From: Planctomycetota bacterium
GTDB taxonomy: Bacteria; Planctomycetota; UBA8108; SXIK01
Assembly (NCBI GenBank): GCA_965223265.1
Contig: OZ244999.1
Span: 544,001-608,000 of the forward strand
DNA: 64,000 nt
Direction: 5' to 3'
In this document: positions 41,430-51,245 of the stretch, one piece after another
Position numbering within the stretch: the stretch's first letter is position 1
How the letters are laid out: the number at the start of each line of letters is the position of its first letter
The notes under the pieces: generated by a model
The model's input: only the letters and a program-made list of their open reading frames with translations
What the model was told of the DNA's origin: nothing
The model's database searches: none
Program-made: the position numbers and the translations under genes

Positions 41430-41503
41430 TGGTTGCCGGACAGGGACTCGAACCCCGACAACCAGGACCAGAGCCTGGCGTCCTACCATTAGACGATCCG
41501 GCA
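41430..41503 (-). tRNA. tRNA-Gln (anticodon CTG), CCA encoded
   Basis: Minus strand TGCCGGA-TCGTCTAATGGTAGGAC-G-CCAGG-CTCTGGT-CCTGG-TTGT-CGGGG-TTCGAGT-CCCTG-TCCGGCA-ACCA folds into a cloverleaf. Confidence 0.96.
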
Positions 41504-41787
41504 ACCTTATCTTGACGACGTCCATCAGATCGGCTGATCTACCGTTCCCTCTCGAATCGGCTTGGTCGTCGCTTCACGGGTTCTTATAAAGTGCGGCCCC
41601 ACAACCATGCAATCGAAAAAGAGTCAGCTTCGCCGCTACGCCGCCACGCTGCATGACGGTGCACGGCGACAGCAGGACGGCGGCGGGTTGTTCATGCCGA
41701 CCGGCGAGCTGCGGCGACAGCGGGTTCGCCTTCGTCTGCCGGCTCGGTTAAAATGGTCACCGACCGAAAATCCATCGAAACGAGCTC

Positions 41788-42735
41788 ATGACTGAGACAC
41801 GCCGCCCCGCTGCCAGCAGCGGAGCTCCGCACCACTCCCCGACGATGAAACCGCTGCCCGTGCTGTCGCCGCAGCCGAGCACGCGCCGACACCCATCGTG
41901 GATCAAAACGCGCTTTGCGGCCAACGAGCGCTATGAGTTCTTGGCGCGTGTCTTGGGCGAACGAGGGCTCCATACCGTCTGCGAGGAAGCTCAGTGCCCG
42001 AACATCGGTGAGTGCTGGGCTCACGGCACGGCGACCTTCATGCTCATGGGCGACGTCTGCACACGTGGTTGCACCTTCTGCTCTGTCGGCAAGGGAAGGC
42101 CGAGTGAGCTGGATCGCGATGAGCCGGAGCACGTGGCGGAGGTGATCGAAGCGCTCGGGCTTGACTACGCTGTGTTGACGTCGGTCAATCGCGATGACTT
42201 GCCGGACGAGGGCGCTGGACATGTGGCGCGCACGATCGAGGCGATCGCCGCGCGTCTGCCGAGCTGCAAGACCGAAGCGTTGGTGCCAGATTTTCATGCT
42301 CGCGAAGAGCTTATTGGCCGCTTAGTCGATACACCGCTCTTTGTGTACGCGCACAACGTCGAAACCGTGCCACGACTTTACCGACGGGTGCGACCCGGTT
42401 CTGACTATCGACGTTCACTCCAGGTGTTGGCTCTTGCCAAGTCGCTGCGCGGTGACGTGCTGACAAAGTCGAGTCTGATGTTGGGTCTCGGTGAGACGCG
42501 TCAAGAGTTGCTCGACGTTTGCCGGGATCTTCGCAGCGAAGGCGTCGACGTTCTGACCCTTGGTCAGTACCTGCAGCCCACCGCATCGCAGCAGGATGTG
42601 TTTCGCTACGTCCCGCCCGAAGAGTTCGCGGAGCTGCGTGACTTGACTGCAGCCATGGGATTTCGCCACGTCATGAGCGGGCCGATGGTGAGGTCGAGCT
42701 ACCACGCGTGGGAGGTTGCGGACGCCGGGGAGTGA
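41788..42735 (+). CDS. lipA: Lipoyl synthase
   Basis: CEEAQCPNIGEC, CTRGCTFC, HNVETV, GQYLQP, RSSYHA. Confidence 0.96.
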   Translation: MTETRRPAASSGAPHHSPTMKPLPVLSPQPSTRRHPSWIKTRFAANERYEFLARVLGERGLHTVCEEAQCPNIGECWAHGTATFMLMGDVCTRGCTFCSVGKGRPSELDRDEPEHVAEVIEALGLDYAVLTSVNRDDLPDEGAGHVARTIEAIAARLPSCKTEALVPDFHAREELIGRLVDTPLFVYAHNVETVPRLYRRVRPGSDYRRSLQVLALAKSLRGDVLTKSSLMLGLGETRQELLDVCRDLRSEGVDVLTLGQYLQPTASQQDVFRYVPPEEFAELRDLTAAMGFRHVMSGPMVRSSYHAWEVADAGE

Positions 42736-43026
42736 TCTCTCTCGCCCAAGTGGACGTTCGACGCTCTCCACTTGCTGGCGGTTGCCTCCGTCGTGGTGGC
42801 GACAGTAGATTCCTCCTCGAAGGCTCCGACCGTTCTTGGAGCTCAGCCGAGAACCTGTTGTAAGTTATTATAGTGGTTATCTTTATGGTTTGTTTGTGCG
42901 GCCGTTCAGGCGCCGAGGAGGGTGATTTTTTTGCTGAAACTCAGGCGTTTCTCGGGCGACTGTAGATGTAGAGACGCCAAACCGGCCGCAGCTCGCTTCC
43001 CAATCGACCCGTAGGGGGACGGATCA

Positions 43027-44748
43027 ATGTTCGACTTCTCGCGCAAGGTAGAGATTCAGAAAGCCCGACATGCCCTGCGCGAGGGGCGGCTCGACGAGGC
43101 CTACGAGCTCGTCACGGCCGAGCACCTGCAGCAGCACCGCCAATGCCAGGTGCTGCGCGAACAACTCGTGGAGCCACTTCTTGAGCGCGCTCGCGATCAC
43201 TTTGAGCATGGCCGACTCGAGGCGGCGCAGGCCGACATCGAGCGCGCCCGGACCATCGGCGGGCGCCGCCGCGAAGTTGTTGCGCTGCACGAAGAGGTCT
43301 TTGCCGCGCGCGCGGACGCCAAGCGCGCACAGATCGATGAACGAGCCGCGATCGACTCGGCCAAGCGTCACGTCGTGGCGGGCGAACTGACGCGCGCCGG
43401 CGAGCGTCTCTTGGACGTCAAGGAAGAGAATCCGGCGCACGGTCGTCTCGAGCGACAGCTGCGGCTGAAACGAGAGGAAATTGATATGGCACTCGCCCGT
43501 GTTCGTCACCACCTGCAGAACGGCGAGATCGGAGCGGCTGCGGACGCCGCACGGCAGCTCCTTGAACCAGCCGGGCGCGATGCGGCGGCGCGTGAGCTCA
43601 TCGACGAGGTGAAGAAGGCGGCAGAGCGAACCGTGCGCGAGGCGTGGGAAGCAGGCCGCCTGGAGCGCGTGCGTGATTTAGCCGCGAGGCTCAACTCCCT
43701 CGCCGCCGGTGGTGCGTCGAGCGACGATTGGTCGACGGCGCTCGGCCTGGCGGACGAGGCGGCCGCTGCAGTCGCCGGTGGCGATTGGTCGGCGGCGAAG
43801 CTAGCGGTCGGTCGACTGAGAACGCTCCATTCGAAGGTCCCTTGGATCAAGGAAGCTGAGGCGCATCTGCGACAGCTCGAGGAGCGGTTGTACGCCCTCC
43901 GTTGTGGACCGCTCGGCGAGCCGCCAAAGGCAAAGTCAGACGCCATCGACGAGACCCAGCTCGTGGCGCCGCCCCTTGCCGGCGGGGCGCAGGCTGTGCC
44001 TGTCGGAGCACTCGGTGGTGCTTTCGGCGGTGATTTCGGCGGGGCTTTCGATGGCGGCGCCGGTGCGCCGGCGCGCTCGCCACTTGCGCCGCAGCAGCAG
44101 CCCAAGCCGCGCAGCCAAGACCGCGTGCTCATGCTCATCGACGGCATCGGCAGCTATCTTGTCCTCGCAGGCAGCCGCATTACGCTTGGGCGCGTCGGCT
44201 CGTCGGCGCGGCCGGACGTCGCACTCAACGCTGATCTCGAGGGTATCCATGCGGAGATCGTGCGTACGGACGGCGACTACTTCTTGCTCGCACGCGGCGC
44301 TGTGAACGTCGCCGGACGTCCAGTCGAGAAGCATCTGCTCGCCGACGGCGACGAGGTCGAGCTCGGTCGCAGGGCCAGTTTCAAGTTTCGCTTACCGACC
44401 AGCCTGAGTACGACTGCCGTTCTTGAGCTGGCAACGTCTCTGCGGCTGAGCGGGGACGTGCGTCGTGTCGTGCTCCTCGACCAACACCTTGTCGTCGGTA
44501 AGTCGGAAGACTGCCACATCACGGCACAGAGCGGTCCCGAGCGTCTTGTCCTGAGCAGGTCGGAGGCAGGGTTTCGAGTGAAATCGTCCGATCCACTTGT
44601 GATCGATCAGAAAGTCCTGGGCGAGCGCGCGGAGATCGGTCTCGATACCTGCGTGGAGACCGGCGGTCTCACCTTTACAATGACGGCAGCGTCGGCGGGC
44701 GAAGGGCCAGCGGACGGAACGCCAACAGGCGGAAGGGGACTGGCGTGA
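43027..44748 (+). CDS. Helical-repeat (TPR-like) protein with C-terminal FHA-like domain(s)
   Basis: All-helical N-terminal 300 aa, Gly/Pro linker, ITLGR...HAEIVR...LADGDEVELG and a second LVVGK..DCHI segment. GTGA overlap with the kinase gene. Confidence 0.75.
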   Translation: MFDFSRKVEIQKARHALREGRLDEAYELVTAEHLQQHRQCQVLREQLVEPLLERARDHFEHGRLEAAQADIERARTIGGRRREVVALHEEVFAARADAKRAQIDERAAIDSAKRHVVAGELTRAGERLLDVKEENPAHGRLERQLRLKREEIDMALARVRHHLQNGEIGAAADAARQLLEPAGRDAAARELIDEVKKAAERTVREAWEAGRLERVRDLAARLNSLAAGGASSDDWSTALGLADEAAAAVAGGDWSAAKLAVGRLRTLHSKVPWIKEAEAHLRQLEERLYALRCGPLGEPPKAKSDAIDETQLVAPPLAGGAQAVPVGALGGAFGGDFGGAFDGGAGAPARSPLAPQQQPKPRSQDRVLMLIDGIGSYLVLAGSRITLGRVGSSARPDVALNADLEGIHAEIVRTDGDYFLLARGAVNVAGRPVEKHLLADGDEVELGRRASFKFRLPTSLSTTAVLELATSLRLSGDVRRVVLLDQHLVVGKSEDCHITAQSGPERLVLSRSEAGFRVKSSDPLVIDQKVLGERAEIGLDTCVETGGLTFTMTAASAGEGPADGTPTGGRGLA

Positions 44749-47700
44749 GCTTTCGTTATCAACACGGCGACAGGCCGCTCCCAGGCTACACGATCCATCG
44801 CGGCGTTGGCCGCGGCGGCTTCGGGGAAGTCTACTACGCGCTCAGTGACGGCGGCCGTGAGGTAGCTCTGAAAGCGATCTTCTTCAACCAGGAGATCGAG
44901 CTGCGCGGTGTGCGGCAATGCATCAACCTCAAGAGCCCCCAACTCGTCTCCATCTTCGACGTCCGTCCCGGCGAAGATGGCACGCCGTTCGTCATCATGG
45001 AGTATGTTACGGGCCCGTCGCTGCGCGATCTGTTGCGTTCGCATCCGCAAGGGCTCGGCGCCCAGAAGACCGGTTTCCTGACACGTGAGATTGCCAAGGG
45101 ACTGGTGTATCTCCACGAGCGCGGAATCGTCCACCGCGACCTCAAGCCGGAGAACATTTTCTACGAGGACGGGTTCGTCAAGATCGGCGACTACGGCCTC
45201 TCGAAGTTCATCAACGCATCGCACCAAAGCGGGCAGACGATCAGTGTTGGCACCGTGCACTACATGGCGCCGGAGATCGGTTCGGGGAATTACCACAAGG
45301 GCATCGATATCTACGCTCTCGGTGTCATTCTTTACGAGCTACTGACCGGCGACGTCCCCTTCAAGGGCGATAGCTTCGGCGAAATCCTCATGCGTCACCT
45401 GACCACGGAGCCCGATCTCGCGAAGCTCGACGAGCCTTTTCGCGACGTGGTGGCGCGCGCCATGGCGAAGAAGCCAGAGGAGCGCTACCAGTCGGCAGAA
45501 GAGCTTGCCTCCGATCTCTTTCGCAGTGACGATCTGAGCTCAAGTGTGGCGGCCTTCAATCCAGCGACGTTGTCGCAGGCGGCGCGTCGTGCGGGCGAAG
45601 AACTTGGCGCCGCTCGGCCGGCTTCGCGAGCGCCGAACGCCGTCGTTGGACCTGCGGACGGCGCCAGATCACCTGCAACAGCCCAGCCCGCAGCCAACGC
45701 TGCGGCTGGTGGCGTCGCTGCGGACCCAGCGGCGGCGACCGTGAAAACGCCGCCGCCCGCTCCGGCAAGCGACGGAGCCACGCCGTACGCGGCGACGCCG
45801 AATACGCCAACGCCGCCGCCGAGTCCGCGGCCCGCCGAAGGTGTGCGACGGCCGCGCTTGGTTGCGGAGACTGCCGCGCGGCTTGATCCGATGACGAGCG
45901 CAGACCGGATGGGGCGTTTCTCGTTCTTCGTCGCTTGTGTGGGGATTTTCGCGGCGCTTTTCATGGGCATCGGCTACGCGGTCGGTATCTCATTGGCTGC
46001 CGCGGGTGCCGCATTCGCTGTGTTTCTGGCGCAGACGACTTTGGCAAAGCGCTTTCAGGTGACGAGCTGGTTCGGGCGCAACTTGATGGCGGGGGCCGTC
46101 GGCGCGTTGCCGGCGATCCTCGGAGCCGAGATGGCAGTGAGGGCGCGCTACGACGAAGAGAGTATGATGGCGGTACTCATCGGGATGTTCTTCGTCCATT
46201 GGCATGATCGCGTTGATCCCTTGCGCTTCTCTCGCGTGCAGGTTGGCAGTGCTATGACGGCTGCGTTTTGGGGCATAATCGTGGCCGCGATATGCGGTGC
46301 CGATGGCTTTTTCGTCGCCGGTGTGCTTGGGTTGACATCGCTTCTCGTCAACGACTTGGCGCCGTTTGCGCCGCACGAGCGGCGGCGGCATTTCGCGCGG
46401 GGCGACGCCTCGGCCTCGCCTTCCCCGACGACTGCGACGTCTCCCGCAGCGGCGTCTCCCACGGTGAAGTCTCCCACCGTGCCGACCGGCGGCACGGGGG
46501 AATCGGGTTGGTCGTGGGAAGAAGTCTCGGATAAGGTCACCGCCGCCGTCGATCACGCCCGGCAGCGCACGCAGCAAGCCTTCGGGCGCTCCGCTTCGGG
46601 TAGCGCGTCGGCACCCGAGGTGCCCGGACCGCGGCCGCTGGCGGAGTATCCACCGAGCACGCTCACACGCGTGTTTTGGGTGCTCGCCGGTGCCACCATG
46701 GCGGCCGCCGCCGTACCGCTGATCGTGGCCCACTTCTTTGTTCGGCTCCGGCCAGACGAGGCGCTCGCCTGCAGCGCCTTCGGGATGGCCTGCGTTGGTT
46801 TTTCTGGATTCAGTTTTTACCGCGGCATCTGGGCACGACTGCCGACTTTCTGGGGGCGCACTCTGCATCCATTCCTTCTCGTCACGACGGCGACGTCGGC
46901 GACGATCTGCGCCGCGCTGTTTGTCTTAGCGCCGAGTTTGGGTTTGATCGCGCCGCATCACCGCGAGGAGCACATCTTGATCCTGTGCGCCCTCCTCGGT
47001 TCGGTGTTTCTCTTCGGCTTGGTTCTCGTCGTCAACCATCTCTTCCCTCGTCAGACGCGAGCGCTCGATTGGCGCGACGTGCCGCGTCACTTGCGGCCGG
47101 TCCCACTCGTCTTTCGGGCCGCGAATCTCTTCCTCGGGGCCAGTGCCCTTGTCGGCGCGGTGGCGTCGTTTTCTGTCGGCCTCATGAGCAGTCACTCCCA
47201 TCGCGAGGAGAAGCTCGCGTTCCTCGGATTGAGCGTTGGTCTTCTCTTTGGCGCGGTGTTTTTCGTGCGCCAGGGATTACGAAGGCGCCGTGGCTTCATT
47301 TGGAACGGACGGCTGCGGCCCTTTCTGATCACGCTGGCTGGCGCTGCAGTCACTGTGTGCGCGCTGCCTCTCTTGCTCGACATTCGGCTTCATGGCGAGG
47401 AGCAAATGGTCCTGCTGACGATTGCCAGCATTGCGACCAGCTTTGGCGTTGCGGTCTTTTTTCTTCGCCCGCCGGGCCAAGTGGCTGAGTCGCCGCTGAC
47501 TGCGCCGCTCAACGAACTTGGGTTACCTGGGAGCGAAAAGCCGCTTTCGAGCTGGTCGAGCTGTGGACTCGTGTCCTGGATGTTGGCGCTGGCTGCCGGC
47601 ATCTCAGCGGTCGCTTATCGCTTGGGGCTTCTGACTGCAGGCCCTCTTGCCAGTCACGTCGGTGACGAGCTCCTGCTCTTCGCCCGCGGGCCGGCGCTTC

Positions 47701-48116
47701 TGTGTACCGTGCTCTTCGCTGCGGCGGGAGTTTTTTGCATTCTGATCGGCCGTCGCCATCTGGGCGGGGCACACCTCGTGCGGGCGGTGATCGGTCAGCT
47801 CTGTCTCGCCTTTGGCCTCTGGGCGTTTTTCGACATTGCGTTTCAGGCCAGTGTCGATGCCGGCGGCGCCCCACTCGTCGGCCGCGCGACCGAGGAGGTG
47901 TTCAGCTTTCTGGTCGCCAGTGTCTTTTCCGTCGCATGCGGCATCGTTCTCCTCATCTGGCCCGCCCGCGCGGCGCACGAGGCGCGGGAAGAAGCGCAGC
48001 CTGAATCGCCGCGGCGGCGACGACCGGGATCGGCTCCCGCCTCTGTCACATCGTTCTTCTTCGCAGGGAGTGTCGCGTTGGTGCTCCTGCTCTTGGCTCT
48101 ATCGCTATTGGCATGA
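44745..48116 (+). CDS. Membrane-integral Ser/Thr protein kinase
   Basis: GRGGFGEV, VALK, HRDLKPEN, GDYG, GTVHYMAPE, followed by Pro/Ala linkers and many TM helices. Confidence 0.92.
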   Translation: MSFRYQHGDRPLPGYTIHRGVGRGGFGEVYYALSDGGREVALKAIFFNQEIELRGVRQCINLKSPQLVSIFDVRPGEDGTPFVIMEYVTGPSLRDLLRSHPQGLGAQKTGFLTREIAKGLVYLHERGIVHRDLKPENIFYEDGFVKIGDYGLSKFINASHQSGQTISVGTVHYMAPEIGSGNYHKGIDIYALGVILYELLTGDVPFKGDSFGEILMRHLTTEPDLAKLDEPFRDVVARAMAKKPEERYQSAEELASDLFRSDDLSSSVAAFNPATLSQAARRAGEELGAARPASRAPNAVVGPADGARSPATAQPAANAAAGGVAADPAAATVKTPPPAPASDGATPYAATPNTPTPPPSPRPAEGVRRPRLVAETAARLDPMTSADRMGRFSFFVACVGIFAALFMGIGYAVGISLAAAGAAFAVFLAQTTLAKRFQVTSWFGRNLMAGAVGALPAILGAEMAVRARYDEESMMAVLIGMFFVHWHDRVDPLRFSRVQVGSAMTAAFWGIIVAAICGADGFFVAGVLGLTSLLVNDLAPFAPHERRRHFARGDASASPSPTTATSPAAASPTVKSPTVPTGGTGESGWSWEEVSDKVTAAVDHARQRTQQAFGRSASGSASAPEVPGPRPLAEYPPSTLTRVFWVLAGATMAAAAVPLIVAHFFVRLRPDEALACSAFGMACVGFSGFSFYRGIWARLPTFWGRTLHPFLLVTTATSATICAALFVLAPSLGLIAPHHREEHILILCALLGSVFLFGLVLVVNHLFPRQTRALDWRDVPRHLRPVPLVFRAANLFLGASALVGAVASFSVGLMSSHSHREEKLAFLGLSVGLLFGAVFFVRQGLRRRRGFIWNGRLRPFLITLAGAAVTVCALPLLLDIRLHGEEQMVLLTIASIATSFGVAVFFLRPPGQVAESPLTAPLNELGLPGSEKPLSSWSSCGLVSWMLALAAGISAVAYRLGLLTAGPLASHVGDELLLFARGPALLCTVLFAAAGVFCILIGRRHLGGAHLVRAVIGQLCLAFGLWAFFDIAFQASVDAGGAPLVGRATEEVFSFLVASVFSVACGIVLLIWPARAAHEAREEAQPESPRRRRPGSAPASVTSFFFAGSVALVLLLLALSLLA

Positions 48117-48125
48117 GGGGGACGG

Positions 48126-49427
48126 ATGGAAGTTGCCGCTGAAAGTAACCTCTCGTGGGCCTTTGTTCTTTTCAGCTGTTTCCTAGCGCTGCTCGTTGGC
48201 GCGGCGTTCGCTGCCGTGGCGCGGCGTCCATCACCGGCGACCTTCTGGCTGGCGAGTGGGTTCGCACTTGTGGCCATTCTTGTCGTGTTTTCCTATCGGT
48301 CCGTCGCGACGGGGTCTTTCGCGGCTCTCCACGCGCTGAGCACGTCTGCCCCCCGATGTGGCCGCCTTGGCGTCGGCATTCTCTTTGCACTCGGTGTGAT
48401 GATCGCGTTCGCGGTGCGTCGCGGTGTTGTCTCCAAGGGGAGCGGTGAGACTGCGCCTTCGACGCCGAGCGCGTCTTCCACGGCTGCCGTCACGCCAAAG
48501 CCGCCGGCGCCGCGGCCACGTCTGCCGCTGGTGGCACTCGCGGCGGCCGCCACGATTGCGCTGCTTCTGATGCTGTCGTACTCGACGGTGCGTCGACAGG
48601 AAATCGTTGAGTGGCAAGAGGCGGCGATGTCGCGCCGCGTCTCTGATCGCGCTGAAGCTGCTGTGCGCGCGAGAACCGGCGTCTCGGAGCGCGCAGGATC
48701 TGCTACGCCCGCGAGAATCCAGGGCGAGAGCGGACCTGGAACAGCAGCGCCTGGAACATTTGCGCGCGACGCCGGCGCGAAGCAGCCCTCCACGGCAAGG
48801 CGGGTTTGGGACGATGATGACGGCTTTGCCTGGGTCAGGCACGGTTCGCACGGGCGCAGCAGCGAGCGGCCTTCGTGGCTGGAGCACGGTTTGACCTGTA
48901 CGCGGGAAGTGCACGCCGAGAATTCCGATCCGTATGTTGTCGCCTATTCGCCGCTTGCCACGACAGAGGGAGAAGCGATCAGCATCGCGCAGAAAGAGGG
49001 ATTGGACCTCATCGCCCGGGAATCCGTGGATGAGTTCTCATCGCGTTTGCCTCAGGTCAGTCGCAAGGCGATTGAAGATGCCGCGATCGAGTTGATCGCT
49101 CTGCGTTATGGTTTGCGCGTTCGGACGTACGTCGAGTCGGCGGTCAAGGACGGAAACAGGGTTTACCGCGCCGCCGTCAAGATCTCTGCGTATGAATCGC
49201 TGAAACCATGGCTTGAGGGCCAACTGACGACACGTTTCTACGGCGGCGGCGAGTCGCTGCTTGCGGGTCTGATCTTTTTCACGCTCGCCTTTGCCATGTT
49301 TCTCGTCGTGGTGATCGTGCGCGCCAATCGCGCCGGTTCGTGGCAGCTACCGCTTCAGGGAGTGGCTGCCGGGCTGCTCATTGCACTCTTCGTCGTCGTC
49401 TCCTACGCTGTGCGGCAGTTCGTGTGA
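48126..49427 (+). CDS. Hypothetical membrane protein
   Basis: About 4 N-terminal TM segments, a soluble domain and 2 C-terminal TM segments; starts 9 nt after the kinase stop. Confidence 0.7.
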   Translation: MEVAAESNLSWAFVLFSCFLALLVGAAFAAVARRPSPATFWLASGFALVAILVVFSYRSVATGSFAALHALSTSAPRCGRLGVGILFALGVMIAFAVRRGVVSKGSGETAPSTPSASSTAAVTPKPPAPRPRLPLVALAAAATIALLLMLSYSTVRRQEIVEWQEAAMSRRVSDRAEAAVRARTGVSERAGSATPARIQGESGPGTAAPGTFARDAGAKQPSTARRVWDDDDGFAWVRHGSHGRSSERPSWLEHGLTCTREVHAENSDPYVVAYSPLATTEGEAISIAQKEGLDLIARESVDEFSSRLPQVSRKAIEDAAIELIALRYGLRVRTYVESAVKDGNRVYRAAVKISAYESLKPWLEGQLTTRFYGGGESLLAGLIFFTLAFAMFLVVVIVRANRAGSWQLPLQGVAAGLLIALFVVVSYAVRQFV

Positions 49428-49481
49428 GGTCTCTCTGGCCGCTGGATTTCTTCGCGCGCATCGTCGCCGGACTGGAAAACC

Positions 49482-50384
49482 ATGGAGCGGGATCAACTGC
49501 AGGGTGAGGGTGATCGCTTCCTGATCGAGGAGGTGCGCGCGGGGTCGGCCGATGGTTTTCGGCGCTTGGTTGATCGTTATGGCGGCCGTCTGAAGGCCTA
49601 CGCCTCGCGGAAGCTTTACGGCACAGGGCTCGATCCCGAAGACGCGGTGCAGGAGACGTTTTTGTCGCTCGTGAGGGCGCTCGATCAGCTCGAGGGTGTG
49701 CGGTCGCTGCAGGCCTACCTGTTCACGATCCTTCGCCGGCGGATTGCCGACATGGCGCGAGCCCGCGGACCGGGCGGCACGCCGGTATCCATCGACGTGA
49801 GCGAAAGTTCGCGAGCGCGCCCGGTACTCGCCGCCGACGAAAGCACACCGAGCACCTACGCGCGCCGTGCTGAGGCGGTCGACGTGCGGCGCCTCGTTCT
49901 AGCCGACGTGCTCGACACTCTTCTCGCTCGCCTCAAGGAAAAGAAGGAGTTTCGCCACCTGAAGATCCTCGAGCTCATCTTCGTACATCGGAAGAGCCAA
50001 CAAGACATCGCGGCGATCGTGAAGACAAGCGAGCCGACCGTCTCACGCACCCGCAAGTCGCTCGTCGAGGAACTCCGCAGGTTGGTCGCCCGCCACGCGC
50101 AGGCCGACGCGCTGCAAGATCTGACGGCGGAGCAGGAAGTCGATGGCCTCATCACGGAGGTATGGCACGAAAACCTGTTCACCTGCGTCAAGCGCAGCAC
50201 GCTCGGCTCCTACGCGCTCGACGTCTTGGAGGCCGATTGGGCCGACTACGTCCGTTTCCATCTCGAGACGCTCGGCTGCGAATTCTGCGCCGCGCACCTC
50301 GCCGACGTCGAACGAGGCGGAGAGCGGATCTCGGCCTCGACGCGCGATCGGATTTTTATGTCGAGTGTTGGTTTTTTGAAGTGA
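49482..50384 (+). CDS. ECF sigma-70 factor with C-terminal Cys/His extension
   Basis: Region 2 LVDRYGGRL..DPEDAVQETF..YLFTILRRRIAD; region 4 SQQDIAAIVKTSEPTVSR; extension TCVKRSTLGSY...HLETLGCEFC. Confidence 0.88.
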   Translation: MERDQLQGEGDRFLIEEVRAGSADGFRRLVDRYGGRLKAYASRKLYGTGLDPEDAVQETFLSLVRALDQLEGVRSLQAYLFTILRRRIADMARARGPGGTPVSIDVSESSRARPVLAADESTPSTYARRAEAVDVRRLVLADVLDTLLARLKEKKEFRHLKILELIFVHRKSQQDIAAIVKTSEPTVSRTRKSLVEELRRLVARHAQADALQDLTAEQEVDGLITEVWHENLFTCVKRSTLGSYALDVLEADWADYVRFHLETLGCEFCAAHLADVERGGERISASTRDRIFMSSVGFLK

Positions 50385-50407
50385 GCGGGGGGTGAAGTCC
50401 TCCTGCG

Positions 50408-50531
50408 CTAGAAACGATCGCCTCTGCTGGCGATCCGACACGAGACGGACGTTTTTCACCAGCGGAAAGCTGTCGCTCGCCTCACCGAGGGGCCGATTTC
50501 TCCGTCGGACTAAAAACGAACCTGGGACGGG
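50408..50531 (+). repeat. Remnant 3' flank of the RAYT-like element, ending in one AAAAACGAACCTGGGACGGG repeat
   Basis: 50408 CTAGAAACGATCGCCTCTGCTGGCGATCCG closely matches 54239 CTAGAAACGATTGCCTCTGACGGCGATCCG. Repeat copy at 50512-50531. Confidence 0.75.
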
Positions 50532-50577
50532 ATTCTCGGATTCTCCGGAAACACGCGCCCCCTCGCGTGCCCGAGAT

Positions 50578-51180
50578 CTACTGCACCCACGACTTGGCGA
50601 AATCGGACGGCCAGTAGCGCTCGGGGAGTGGCATGGCAACGAACGGCGCTGTTGGTCTCACGACCACCGGTAAAAAAGAAGAGCAAAGACGTCGCCCGGG
50701 AAGATGCTTACGGACAAAGTACGTCGTCGAAACCTGACAGCGGTGGGCCGGACTGATCGAATGGGGAACGGGCAGGCCGTAAACGCGCGTCATTTCGTCG
50801 GTCAAGTAATCGGCGATCCCAAAGAGCTCCGGGTCGGTTGGCTCCGTGTTCTTGAGGCCATAGAGTTGGTGCGCCACGTCCTTGAGGTACTGCGGATCGG
50901 CGCGGTCGCCGGCGTCCAAGGAGTAGACCAGCTCGCCAGGGCAATCGTCGTTCCCGTCCTCGAACATCAGAGCGTTCGCTTGGATGACGTGCCCCCACAC
51001 AACGACGCCCTCAGAGAAGAGACTGCGCAGGTTCGCGAAGATAATCGTCAGTTTGTCGGTCGGACACTGGCGAAGCCACGACGGTGTCGGCACACGGAAA
51101 TAGGTCAACCGGTCCCAAAACGACAAGTCGCGAGGCGCGGGACCGAAGTTTGCGATGCATTCACGAATCATCTCTTGCAT
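50578..51180 (-). CDS. Hypothetical protein (orphan cassette gene)
   Basis: 200-aa ORF with AGGAG RBS; GVVVWGHVIQANALMF and RKHLP blocks. Confidence 0.75.
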   Translation of the reverse strand: MQEMIRECIANFGPAPRDLSFWDRLTYFRVPTPSWLRQCPTDKLTIIFANLRSLFSEGVVVWGHVIQANALMFEDGNDDCPGELVYSLDAGDRADPQYLKDVAHQLYGLKNTEPTDPELFGIADYLTDEMTRVYGLPVPHSISPAHRCQVSTTYFVRKHLPGRRLCSSFLPVVVRPTAPFVAMPLPERYWPSDFAKSWVQ

Positions 51181-51245
51181 TAGACGCTCGAAGTCTCCTC
51201 TCGAATGGTTCGAGGTTCGTGTTGCCTACGAATCTACGAATCCGT

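Noticed and set aside
41430-41503. tRNA-Gln as integration site of the accessory region
   Set aside because: Flanked by core genes. I saw no duplicated tRNA 3' end and no tyrosine or serine integrase in the window.
42855-42970. AT-rich stretch as promoter of the FHA/STK/ECF operon
   Set aside because: Plausible location, but I could not support specific -35/-10 elements by eye.
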